Source: Deltaproteobacteria bacterium
GTDB lineage: Bacteria; Myxococcota_A; UBA9042; DTJE01
Length of the DNA: 64,000 nucleotides
Assembly (NCBI GenBank): GCA_029555025.1
Contig: JAKPTZ010000121.1
Span: forward strand, 7,425 to 71,424
Direction: 5' to 3'
The position numbers were made by a program, and so were the translations under genes. The notes beneath the pieces were generated by a model. That model was given only the letters and a program-made list of their open reading frames with translations, was not told the origin of the DNA and searched no databases. Positions 39,366 to 48,355 of the stretch are shown here, one piece after another; position 1 is the stretch's first letter, and each line of letters opens with the position of its first letter.

Positions 39366-40310
39366 ATGAGATTCGCATCGTCTCTTATTATGCTTGTTGC
39401 GATAGTGCTGGCCGGCTGTTCGGGAAGAACCCCGCCACCGAATCCGGCTGCGGCCGGCGGCGAGGCGGCTCCAGTCCAGTCCACCGCCGTTGAACAGGTG
39501 GCCAAGCAGCCGCCCGCGCCTCCTCCTTCCAGGCATGCCGCCCTTCGCGAAGGCATCGACGGTTGGTTGAAACTGGCTTCGACCTGCCAGAAGCGGTGGT
39601 TTGCGAAGGTTGACCCGGCGAAGCTGGATAAGTGGGAACTTCCGGTTGACGTGCCGTCCATGGAGGACGACTGCGACAAGCTGGTTTTTGATTTCGAGGC
39701 CCTTTCGAAGGAAAATCTCCTGAAGGGACCTGAACTGGATTCGCTGTTCGGCCGGATGGCAATGGTCACCGATCTCTATACCCACCTGGCGCTTCGCTGC
39801 CGCAAGGTCGGCGTCAAGGACCGGGTTCCGTTCAAGCAGATGATAGCGGGACTCAGGGATCGCCTGGGCGCCGAGGTCGAGGCGGTCGCGAATGAAGGGG
39901 CGGCGGTGCTGGCTCTTGATGATGACATGCTGGTTCGCGACGTAAGCGGGCAGGCGATGATGGATCGTGCCCTTGGCGCCCTCGGCCGCGTGAAGTCCGA
40001 CATGGACGAATGGATAGTCAAGCCAAGGAAGGAAGTCGGGCCGGTGTTCAAGTATTCATTGAAGGTTTCAGGCAGGCTTGCAGCCGGCGCGTCCGAAGCA
40101 CTGGCGGCGGATGCATCGCTTCCCGAGAAGTTCAGGATGTCTGCGTCGGCGCTTTCGAAGGCCTGGACCGTGGTGTCCGATTTTTACGCCGGCGACTACC
40201 TCGCAGAAGAGGAAGCGAAGTCCGATTTCCTGCAGAAGTCGGTCGTCAAGGCTTTCATCGCCTATGACAAGGCGTTGGCATCATTCAGGAAGGCGGGCGG
40301 TCATCCCTGA
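39366..40310 (+). CDS. Hypothetical lipoprotein
   Basis: GGAGG RBS and MRFASSLIMLVAIVLAGC lipobox. Pro/Ala-rich linker followed by a helical domain. Confidence 0.55.
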   Translation: MRFASSLIMLVAIVLAGCSGRTPPPNPAAAGGEAAPVQSTAVEQVAKQPPAPPPSRHAALREGIDGWLKLASTCQKRWFAKVDPAKLDKWELPVDVPSMEDDCDKLVFDFEALSKENLLKGPELDSLFGRMAMVTDLYTHLALRCRKVGVKDRVPFKQMIAGLRDRLGAEVEAVANEGAAVLALDDDMLVRDVSGQAMMDRALGALGRVKSDMDEWIVKPRKEVGPVFKYSLKVSGRLAAGASEALAADASLPEKFRMSASALSKAWTVVSDFYAGDYLAEEEAKSDFLQKSVVKAFIAYDKALASFRKAGGHP

Positions 40311-40333
40311 CCCGCGGCAACCGGAGGGGTTTA

Positions 40334-40804
40334 ATGGAAGACGTCAAGGTTGGAGTTCTTGTAGGCAGCCCCAGTGACAAAGAAATTGCTGAAGCGATTG
40401 TCAAAACTCTGGAATCGCTTGGAATCAGAGGCGAAATCAAGGTGGCATCCGCCCACCGCACGCCTGACCTTGTAAGTGCTTACTGCGCCGCGGCGGAAGG
40501 CCGTGGCATCCAGGTTCTTGTCGCCTGCGCCGGAATGGCGGCGCATCTTGCCGGGGCCGTCGCGGCCCAGTCGCTTCTGCCGGTAATCGGCGTGCCGGTC
40601 GCTTCCGGGAAGCTCCAGGGATTTGACGCCCTCCTTTCGACCGTTCAGATGCCGCCGGGAATCCCCGTGGCCACCGTTGCCATCGACGGTGCGAAGAATG
40701 CCGCCGTTCTCGCCGCGCGGATCATAGCCCTCCGGGAGCCTGCGGTCAGGCAGGCGCTTGAAGCGGCTCTTCTTGCCGATCGCAGGAAGTACACCGATCA
40801 GTGA
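40334..40804 (+). CDS. purE: N5-carboxyaminoimidazole ribonucleotide mutase
   Basis: Full-length PurE similarity (VLVGSPSDKEI...ACAGMAAHLAG...). Confidence 0.9.
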   Translation: MEDVKVGVLVGSPSDKEIAEAIVKTLESLGIRGEIKVASAHRTPDLVSAYCAAAEGRGIQVLVACAGMAAHLAGAVAAQSLLPVIGVPVASGKLQGFDALLSTVQMPPGIPVATVAIDGAKNAAVLAARIIALREPAVRQALEAALLADRRKYTDQ

Positions 40805-40836
40805 TTTCATTCGGTTGATTTTCCCGTCTGGCCGCT

Positions 40837-41247
40837 TCAGTCGCAGATCACGCCTCGGTTCAGGATTTCATCGGCCATCTTTGTAAGCTTCGGGTTATCG
40901 ATATCGCCCCGGGCATAGACGATGTGATCCCCGAAGTTGTAGGGCTGGAAGTCAAGCGGCAGAAGCAGTTCGCGACCGCTGTCGAAGTACTGTTCCAGGT
41001 ACCAGCCTGCGAAATCGACTGTGACGTCCAGGGCCGCACCCTGGTCGAGACGATTCTCGGCAAGTGCGCACCTGAATTGCATGGCGTAGCAGAATGTGTC
41101 GTCCCGCCTGTGCAGTTTCAGGTCGACGTGCAGGAAGCCGGGCTCGAACATGCCGGACACCGAAAATGTCTCCCCGGCAATGAAGGCCCCGAACATCTTT
41201 GTAAGGGTGGCCTCGATTTCGTCAGTTTCAATCCTTGGAATCTTCAT
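40837..41247 (-). CDS. Hypothetical protein (137 aa) immediately downstream of rnc
   Basis: ATG after GGTGGAGG. Overlaps the rnc 3' end by 20 nt. No known motif. Confidence 0.4.
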   Translation of the reverse strand: MKIPRIETDEIEATLTKMFGAFIAGETFSVSGMFEPGFLHVDLKLHRRDDTFCYAMQFRCALAENRLDQGAALDVTVDFAGWYLEQYFDSGRELLLPLDFQPYNFGDHIVYARGDIDNPKLTKMADEILNRGVICD

Positions 41248-41977
41248 GTCCGACCTCCACCACGCGAAGAGATTCGCGAACATTTTCAAGCGCCATGCCG
41301 GCGGCCGCCTGTTCCGCCTGCTTCCTGCTGCGGCCGCTTGCCCTGTATCCGGTTCCGTCCGGAAGCGTCACTTGAACCGTGAATACGGGCGCGTGGGCAG
41401 GGCCCTCGGTTTCGACCACGGAGTATGCCGGAGGCTTGTGGGCCAGTCCATAAGTAAGCATCTGAAGTTCGGTCTTGGGGTCGATATGCCGCCCTTCGCG
41501 CCTGGCCTTCTCCAACTCGCCGGCCAGAAGGCCCAGAACGACCTGCCTGGCCTTCTCGAAGCCGCCGTCAAGGAATATCGCGCCGATTACCGCCTCGAAG
41601 GCATCGCACAGAACGGACGGATGCGTGGCGGCCTGATCCGCGACGGCGGCACCGTGACCAAGGCGCAAGAACCTGCCGATCTCCAGGCGGGTCGCGGTTG
41701 CGGCAAGTGACGGCTGCGCGACGACCACCGATTTCAGGCGTGTCAGTTCACCCTCCCTGGCATCGGGGAAAAGCCTGAACGCCGCCTCGGCGATGACCGT
41801 TGAAATGATTGCGTCGCCCAGAAATTCGAGCCTTTCGTTATCGGAAACGTCGTCTTCGGTTTCGTTGCAGAACGACGAATGCGTCAGGGCCTTCAAGATC
41901 AGATCGATATCGTTGAACTTGTGTCCGACATTCCTTTCCAGTTCGGAAATATCCACTCTGTTCGATGATTCCTTCAT
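41228..41977 (-). CDS. rnc: Ribonuclease III
   Basis: 'ERLEFLGDA' RNase III signature and a C-terminal dsRBD. Confidence 0.9.
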   Translation of the reverse strand: MKESSNRVDISELERNVGHKFNDIDLILKALTHSSFCNETEDDVSDNERLEFLGDAIISTVIAEAAFRLFPDAREGELTRLKSVVVAQPSLAATATRLEIGRFLRLGHGAAVADQAATHPSVLCDAFEAVIGAIFLDGGFEKARQVVLGLLAGELEKARREGRHIDPKTELQMLTYGLAHKPPAYSVVETEGPAHAPVFTVQVTLPDGTGYRASGRSRKQAEQAAAGMALENVRESLRVVEVGHEDSKD

Positions 41978-43353
41978 TCTTCCTGCCGTCCAATGGCAAC
42001 CGCGCCGCGACTGGAAACGATTCGAACCGAAGTCCTTCCATCGAGAATGCGATGCCTGTTCGTGACGAAGACCCTTGTGTAGTCGGCCGCAAGTGCTTCG
42101 ACGCCTTCGGAGCCGACCCTTATATCAACGACCTCCACCGTGCTTCCCGTCAGGGCAAGGGCATGGGCCGACCGCGCGCGCGTTCCGAACTGGCGCAGCG
42201 CGCGGGCCCGTTCCTTCCGGGTTCCGTCAGGTACCTGATCGTCCATGGCGGCCGCCGGCGTCCCGGGACGTGGCGAGTACGGGAATACATGAAGATAGGT
42301 CGTTGGCAGTGCCTGAACCATCTCAAGTGTCAGCAGGAAGTCCCTGTCCGTCTCGCCGGGGAAGCCGGCAATCACGTCCATCCCAAGAACCAGTCCCGGA
42401 ACGCGCGCCGCCGCATCCATGACCAGCTCGGCGAACCGGCCTGCCGAGTACGGGCGGTTCATCCTGGCAAGAACCGCGTCCGAACCCGACTGCATCGGTA
42501 TGTGCAGGTGCGGACAGATGTCGGGGCTGGCCGCCATCGAATCAAGCAGTTCCCGGCTGAGGCCGTGGGGCTCAAGCGATGAGAGCCTGAAGCGCGATCC
42601 CGTTCCCGCGGCCGTCAGCCGAACGAGCAGTTCATCCAGTCGCCCGTACCTGCCGTCGGAATTCCTTCCCCAGGCAGCCAGATCCACACCGGTCAGGACG
42701 ATTTCCGCGGCACCGGCGTCCGCAGCCCTCCGGATTTGATTCAGGATGTCGTCAATCGAACGGCTTGTCGACGCTCCCCTGACCAGGGGAACTATGCAGT
42801 AAGTGCAGCGGCAGTCGCAGCCGTCCTGGATCTTGACCAGCGGCCTGGCCCTGACGCCCTTTCTGGTTGCGGCGGCAGTGATTGCAGGATGAACGTCGTC
42901 GGGCGGCATCGCCTCGCCGGCAGCATCCCTTCCCGGTTCTGGCAGTCCCGAGGCCAGAATCTCACGGACGCGTTCCCTGATGCCGGAAAGAAGGGCCGAC
43001 CTGTCGGCCGTGCCGCCGATAATGGAGATTTCCGGCGGCATCGTTGAAGCGGTTCCCTGGTCTTGAAGCCTTGTCGCCATGCATCCCGCAAGGATTACCC
43101 CGGCTCCGGTCCGCAATGCCCGAAAGGCCGCGGCCCTTCCGTCCCTGTCCGCATTCATGGTGACGGTGCACGCATTTACAACCACCAGATCCGGTCGGTC
43201 GTCAGGATCGCAGATGATTACCGGCATGTCGGAGACGGCTTCAAGAATGGCTTCCGTGTCGAACTGATTGACCTTGCAACCGGTGGTCCTGAAGGCAAGC
43301 CGAACCTTGCCTCCGCCCCCCGGGAAAACCTCTCTTGAATCTTTCGCAGGCAA
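41974..43353 (-). CDS. MiaB-family radical-SAM methylthiotransferase (MtaB/RimO-like)
   Basis: N-terminal MTTase Cys triad, radical-SAM 'CDCRCTYCIVP' and a C-terminal TRAM-like domain. Confidence 0.8.
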   Translation of the reverse strand: MPAKDSREVFPGGGGKVRLAFRTTGCKVNQFDTEAILEAVSDMPVIICDPDDRPDLVVVNACTVTMNADRDGRAAAFRALRTGAGVILAGCMATRLQDQGTASTMPPEISIIGGTADRSALLSGIRERVREILASGLPEPGRDAAGEAMPPDDVHPAITAAATRKGVRARPLVKIQDGCDCRCTYCIVPLVRGASTSRSIDDILNQIRRAADAGAAEIVLTGVDLAAWGRNSDGRYGRLDELLVRLTAAGTGSRFRLSSLEPHGLSRELLDSMAASPDICPHLHIPMQSGSDAVLARMNRPYSAGRFAELVMDAAARVPGLVLGMDVIAGFPGETDRDFLLTLEMVQALPTTYLHVFPYSPRPGTPAAAMDDQVPDGTRKERARALRQFGTRARSAHALALTGSTVEVVDIRVGSEGVEALAADYTRVFVTNRHRILDGRTSVRIVSSRGAVAIGRQEE

Positions 43354-43362
43354 AAAGGCCCC

Positions 43363-43836
43363 CTAGTCGCTGTCGCGGCCCCGGCTTGCCCTGGCCAGGT
43401 CCTTCGCCTCGATCTTGTCCCGCTTGTCGTACGCCTTCCTGCCTTTGGCAAGCGCGATCTCGACCTTTGCCAGGCCGTCCCGGAAGTAAATCTCAAGCGG
43501 GACTATGGTGAATCCCTTTTCCCTTGTCTTCTGGTCCAGGCGCTTCAATTCCTTCGCGTTCAAGAGCAGTTTCCGGTCACGCCTGGGGTCATGATTCAGA
43601 AATGACGAGTGCGAATACTGGGCTATGTTGATGCCGACAAGCCATGCCTCCATGTTGCGGATCTCCACGTATCCGTCAACAAGCTGGGCATTGCCATCCC
43701 GAAGGGACTTGACCTCGCTTCCCAGCAGAACCAGGCCGGCCTCGAACTTATCAAACAGTTCGTAGTCGTGCCTGGCACGTCTGTTCTGGGCGACCAGCTT
43801 GCGGCCGTCCTTTTCCTGTCGGTTACCCTTTGCCAT
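43363..43836 (-). CDS. smpB: SsrA-binding protein
   Basis: Full-length SmpB similarity (RRARHDYELFDKFEAGLVLLGSEVKSLR...). Confidence 0.9.
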   Translation of the reverse strand: MAKGNRQEKDGRKLVAQNRRARHDYELFDKFEAGLVLLGSEVKSLRDGNAQLVDGYVEIRNMEAWLVGINIAQYSHSSFLNHDPRRDRKLLLNAKELKRLDQKTREKGFTIVPLEIYFRDGLAKVEIALAKGRKAYDKRDKIEAKDLARASRGRDSD

Positions 43837-43953
43837 CCCGGTCTGTCCGTTCGCGCCATTTCCGGCGCGACAGTATAACCGATTTGCGCGATCCGGTCAG
43901 CCAGGCCGTTCGGAACAGCTTCGATGTTGCCACCCGCGTGGTTTGCCACGATA

Positions 43954-45882
43954 ATGGGAGTCCTGGTTGAGACCCTTGGAAATACTGTGAAAATCGGAAT
44001 TGTGGCAGCGATTGCAGTTTTATTGGCCTTCGTCCCGGCAGCTTCCGTCGGACTTCCGGCCCCGGGCGCCGGCCCCTCCTACATTGACTCAAGGGGCTGT
44101 TCGATATCACTCCAGCGCCTTCCCTCGGAGAGCGACAGGGTCGCCGTGTTCGACGGAGGGGAGCCTGCCAGGCCAATCCTGCTGCGGGACGGGCTGCTCG
44201 TGGCGTTTGATGCATCCGTTGAAAGAGTACCTTCGTCGGTATTGGCCAGGGCGGGGCTTACCCCGGTCAGGCCCATTGATCGGGCCGGAACCACCTGGTT
44301 GTGCCGAGCCGCCGGGCCGGATCAGGTGCTGGCGGCTTCCCGGGCGCTGGCCGTCATCGAGGGGGTACGCTGGGCTGTTCCCGATTTTTCCGTGCCGATT
44401 GATTTGCACGAGGCTCCGGCGGATCCATTCTGGTCGGCCCAATGGCCGGTCAACCCGTCCGGGAGTTCTCATGACGTCAAGGTCATCGAGGCATGGTCAA
44501 GAACCACCGGGGATCCTCGTGTCCTTGTCGCGATAATCGACACCGGCGTTGATACGTTTCATCCGGATCTTGGTGCCGACAGGTTCGTCGCCGGGGACAA
44601 CTACATCGAAGCCCGGCAGGGGCCCTGGCCCGGGGATCGAGCGGCCGCCGCGCATGGAACCCATTGCGCGGGTATCATCGGCGCACTCCACAACGACATT
44701 GGCATTGCAGGGCTCTGTCCCGGTTGCAGCCTTGCCGGATACAGGTTCCTGACCGGACTTCCGGGCGACGAGCACGTGGCCGAGCTTTCGAACGCGGCCA
44801 TCGCGCTGAGGCAGGCCGCCGACGACGGTGCGTGGGTCATCAGCAACTCGTGGGGGATATACAACGTCAACAAGCCCAAGGTCGATCTCGTGCCGATCCT
44901 CGAGGCCGCCAGATATGCGGCGGAAAACGGGGGGCCGGACGGGCAGGGCGCCCTTGTGGTCTTTTCGTCCGGCAATCAGATGGGGTACGACGAATCAACA
45001 GATACCACGTTCGCCCTGAACATCGCGCCTGATGATCTGGCGGCCCTTCCGGGGGTGCTGGCGGTCGGCGCCATCAATCCTGAAGGTGAAAGACAGGAGT
45101 ATTCCCAGTGGGGGCCTGAACTCGATCTGGTCGCGCCTGGCGGTGCGTACGCGGCGCTGGAGCCGCAGATAGTGACGCTGGACACGTCAGGCTCGACATC
45201 CGGGCGGGGCAATGGCGCCAACAAGGGTGATGGGCAGCATTACGTGTCGGCCGGCATCGGCGACGTCAAGAAGTCAGGCATGCCGGAATCGGATTCATCA
45301 GGCCTGGTGACGCAGTATTTCAACGGCACTTCTTCCTCGGCTCCTTTCGTTTCCGGTGCTGCGGCGCTTGTGTGGTCCGCCGACCTTCTGGATGGGGTGC
45401 GGGATCTTTCCGCATCCGATGTCCGGCGCATCCTGCTCGATACCGCCGCAAAGGTTGGTCCCCTGCCATATCCCGCAGGCCGCAATGATGAATACGGCCG
45501 CGGCCTGGTCGATGTGTCCGCCGCGGTGCAGGCCGCTCTTGACGGGGGCCTGGCGCCGGCGGACGAAGTCGAGCAGCCGATGGCCGATGCAAAGGTCGCC
45601 GAACCTTCCGAACCCGATCCCGAGCAGATTCCGGAATTGGTGCGCGATGCTGCCGACACCGCCGCTCACATGGATCAGGCGTCGGATCTCGCGGTCGATT
45701 CGGCGAATGATGTTCTGAACGATTCGGACGCTTCCGTTTCCGGTTCCAGAGGTTGTTCATCGGCCTCTGAATCTGGTCGGACTTCAATCCTGCCCATCCT
45801 TTTTCTGTCCATGTTTGCGCTGGTTGTAATCCGTCTGACGCGCCGCCTGCCGCAATGCACAAAAAGCGTGTCAAAAGCCTGA
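43954..45882 (+). CDS. Subtilisin-like S8 serine protease with an acidic C-terminal extension and a MYXO-CTERM-like sorting tail
   Basis: D/H/S catalytic motifs (IIDTGVD, HGTHCAG, GTSSSAPFVSGAAAL). Tail 'RGCSSASESGRTS-ILPILFLSMFALVVI-RLTRRL'. An alternative GTG start at 43987 after GGAAA is possible. Confidence 0.8.
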   Translation: MGVLVETLGNTVKIGIVAAIAVLLAFVPAASVGLPAPGAGPSYIDSRGCSISLQRLPSESDRVAVFDGGEPARPILLRDGLLVAFDASVERVPSSVLARAGLTPVRPIDRAGTTWLCRAAGPDQVLAASRALAVIEGVRWAVPDFSVPIDLHEAPADPFWSAQWPVNPSGSSHDVKVIEAWSRTTGDPRVLVAIIDTGVDTFHPDLGADRFVAGDNYIEARQGPWPGDRAAAAHGTHCAGIIGALHNDIGIAGLCPGCSLAGYRFLTGLPGDEHVAELSNAAIALRQAADDGAWVISNSWGIYNVNKPKVDLVPILEAARYAAENGGPDGQGALVVFSSGNQMGYDESTDTTFALNIAPDDLAALPGVLAVGAINPEGERQEYSQWGPELDLVAPGGAYAALEPQIVTLDTSGSTSGRGNGANKGDGQHYVSAGIGDVKKSGMPESDSSGLVTQYFNGTSSSAPFVSGAAALVWSADLLDGVRDLSASDVRRILLDTAAKVGPLPYPAGRNDEYGRGLVDVSAAVQAALDGGLAPADEVEQPMADAKVAEPSEPDPEQIPELVRDAADTAAHMDQASDLAVDSANDVLNDSDASVSGSRGCSSASESGRTSILPILFLSMFALVVIRLTRRLPQCTKSVSKA

Positions 45883-45996
45883 AACAGCGGTTGAATTTAT
45901 GACACACGGCGTTATTATGCCGTGAAACTGCGGGCAAACTGCCGAAAGTGGCAGCCCGGTGCAGTCGATTGCTGAAGGTTAACCAGGGAGACTCCG

Positions 45997-48315
45997 ATGT
46001 CGATTACGCAGTGCGCCGCCGATTTGTGTGCGAAAGCCCGTTCCGAGGGAAGGGATACCCTTCTTGAACCAGAGCTTTATTCCCTCCTTGCCGAGGGCGG
46101 TGTCCCGGTTCCGGCCAACTTCATGGTCACTCCGGATGCAATGGCGGTTGCCGCCATCGCCGGGGCTCCCAGGCTTCCCGGTTCCAGGGTTGTCGTAAAG
46201 GTTGTTTCTCCCGCCATAACCCATAAGACCGAGATGGGCGGCGTCAGGTTCGTCGAAAACACCCCCGAGGCCATATCAGAGGCCTGCACCGGAATCATTC
46301 AGGCCGTGACCGAGCGCGGCGGGCCGGAACTCGCCGCCACCGTGCGCGGATTGATGGTTTCCGAGATGGTTCCGGTCGGTCACGACATTTCTTCCCAGCT
46401 CTTTGCAGGGATGCGGTTCTCACCGGACGTCGGCCCTGTTCTCGCATTCGGATTCGGCGGCCTGGAGGCAGAGGAACTTGCCGCGCGTTTTCGCGACGGC
46501 CAGGGCGTCGTCCTGATGTCCCCGCTTGTCATGACCCCGGAACAGATGCTTTGCAAGTTCCGGAAGTCCTTTGTTTACCGGAAGCTGGCCGGGCTGACCC
46601 GCGGAGGTGCCAGGCAGGTGTCGGACGAAGAATTGATGAAGGTCTTTAAGTTTTTCATCGACCTGGCCGTCAATTTTTCGAATCAGCCGGGGACGGGTTG
46701 GCTGGTCAAGGATTTCGAGGTCAATCCGTTCTTCGTGTCGGAAGGCCGCCTTGTCGCGGTTGACGCCTTCATGCGCTTCTGTCCGGAACTGGTCGTCGAG
46801 CGCGTCTGCGATCTGGAAAAGACGCACACATTGCTTCACCCGAAGACCGTCGCCATCATGGGAGCCTCTTCCAAGGGCATCAACGTAGGTCGAATCATCC
46901 TTGCCAATCTTCTGAAGAAGGGCTTCCCTTCCCGCCTGATTCGCGTGGTCAGGCCGGACTGCGAGCCGGTTGACGGTGTTGAGGCGGTCGCCACGATTTC
47001 CGATCTTCCCTGGGTTGCAGACATGGTAGTCGTCGCGGTCGGAGCGAAGCAGGTTCCGGCGATCATCAAGGAGTCGCTGGAGTGTGGAAAGGCCGCTTCG
47101 ATGGTTCTTATTCCTGGTGGAATGGGCGAGACCGAGGAAGGGAAGGCGACCGACCGTGAGATTCGCTCGCTGATTCGCGAGGCCCGTGCCGCAGGAAAGT
47201 TCGTTCCGGTTTTCGTTGGTCCAAACTGCCTGGGCGTCAGTTCCGTGCCCGGAAACTACAACACCCTGTTTGTTCCCGAAACCAAGCTGCCTCCCCAGGA
47301 TGCAAGCCAGAGTCGCGACAACGCCGAAGTGGCGCTGATCTGCCAGTCCGGCGGCTTCCTGATCACGCGCATGATGAACATGCCCTGGGTCGAGCCGCGT
47401 TACGCGGTCTCTACCGGCAACCAGATGGATCTTGCTCTGGTCGATTTCGTCGAATCAATCCTCAAGGATGACCAGGTCGAGGTTTTTGGCCTTTACATCG
47501 AGGGTTTCAAGCCGCTGGACGGTCTTCGTCTTGCCAGGCTCATCCGGAAGGGACGCGCCGCGGGTAAGGATTTCGTCGTATACAAGGCGGGCCGCACATG
47601 TGCCGGCCAGACCGCCACATCGTCGCATACCGCTTCGATATCCGGCGACTACGACTCGTGCTATGAGGTTCTGGCCGACGCGGGCGCCCTGATGACCGAG
47701 TCGCTCGAGGAATACAGCGAACTCATGCAGATGGCGATTGCCTTCAAGCGCAAGAAGATAAACGGTACAAGGCTGGCCTGCCTTTCCAACGCCGGATACG
47801 AGACTGTAGGGATGGCCGACGCGATTTGCGAGAAGTCGCAGTTCACGCTTGGCGACTATGACGAGAAGACGGCGGCCACGATACAGAACGTGCTTACAAT
47901 GGGTCGTCTTGCGGGGCTGGTCGATATTCACAACCCGCTTGACATCACCCCCATGGCGCCTGATCTGGTCTATGCAGGTTGCCTGCAGGCCCAGATTTCA
48001 TGTCCGAACATCGATGCGTGCATCGTCGGGATTCTGCCTCTGACTCCGGCAATGAAGACGTTGCCCCCGGGAGTCGATCCTGCCGGCGTTGATACCATCC
48101 TGGCCCCGGACGCACTTCCTGCCCTGTTTTCAAAGATTGCGCACTACTCGGCAAAGCCGGTCATCACCACGGTCGATTGCGGACGCCTTTACGACCCGCT
48201 CTGCGATGAACTGCGCAAGAACGGCGTGCCGTGCTTCAAGAGCGTCGATTCCGCGATGAAATCGCTTCAGCGCTACATGCTTTACAGATTGGGCCTTTCG
48301 GAAAACGTCTGCTGA
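45997..48315 (+). CDS. Acetate--CoA ligase, ADP-forming (fused ATP-grasp and CoA-binding domains)
   Basis: N-terminal ATP-grasp region and a CoA-binding/succinyl-CoA-synthetase-like alpha domain (VAIMGASSKGINVGR). Confidence 0.7.
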   Translation: MSITQCAADLCAKARSEGRDTLLEPELYSLLAEGGVPVPANFMVTPDAMAVAAIAGAPRLPGSRVVVKVVSPAITHKTEMGGVRFVENTPEAISEACTGIIQAVTERGGPELAATVRGLMVSEMVPVGHDISSQLFAGMRFSPDVGPVLAFGFGGLEAEELAARFRDGQGVVLMSPLVMTPEQMLCKFRKSFVYRKLAGLTRGGARQVSDEELMKVFKFFIDLAVNFSNQPGTGWLVKDFEVNPFFVSEGRLVAVDAFMRFCPELVVERVCDLEKTHTLLHPKTVAIMGASSKGINVGRIILANLLKKGFPSRLIRVVRPDCEPVDGVEAVATISDLPWVADMVVVAVGAKQVPAIIKESLECGKAASMVLIPGGMGETEEGKATDREIRSLIREARAAGKFVPVFVGPNCLGVSSVPGNYNTLFVPETKLPPQDASQSRDNAEVALICQSGGFLITRMMNMPWVEPRYAVSTGNQMDLALVDFVESILKDDQVEVFGLYIEGFKPLDGLRLARLIRKGRAAGKDFVVYKAGRTCAGQTATSSHTASISGDYDSCYEVLADAGALMTESLEEYSELMQMAIAFKRKKINGTRLACLSNAGYETVGMADAICEKSQFTLGDYDEKTAATIQNVLTMGRLAGLVDIHNPLDITPMAPDLVYAGCLQAQISCPNIDACIVGILPLTPAMKTLPPGVDPAGVDTILAPDALPALFSKIAHYSAKPVITTVDCGRLYDPLCDELRKNGVPCFKSVDSAMKSLQRYMLYRLGLSENVC

Positions 48316-48355
48316 TATCGGTGATTGTCGGGGTTGCTCCGGCGCGGTTCCTTTT

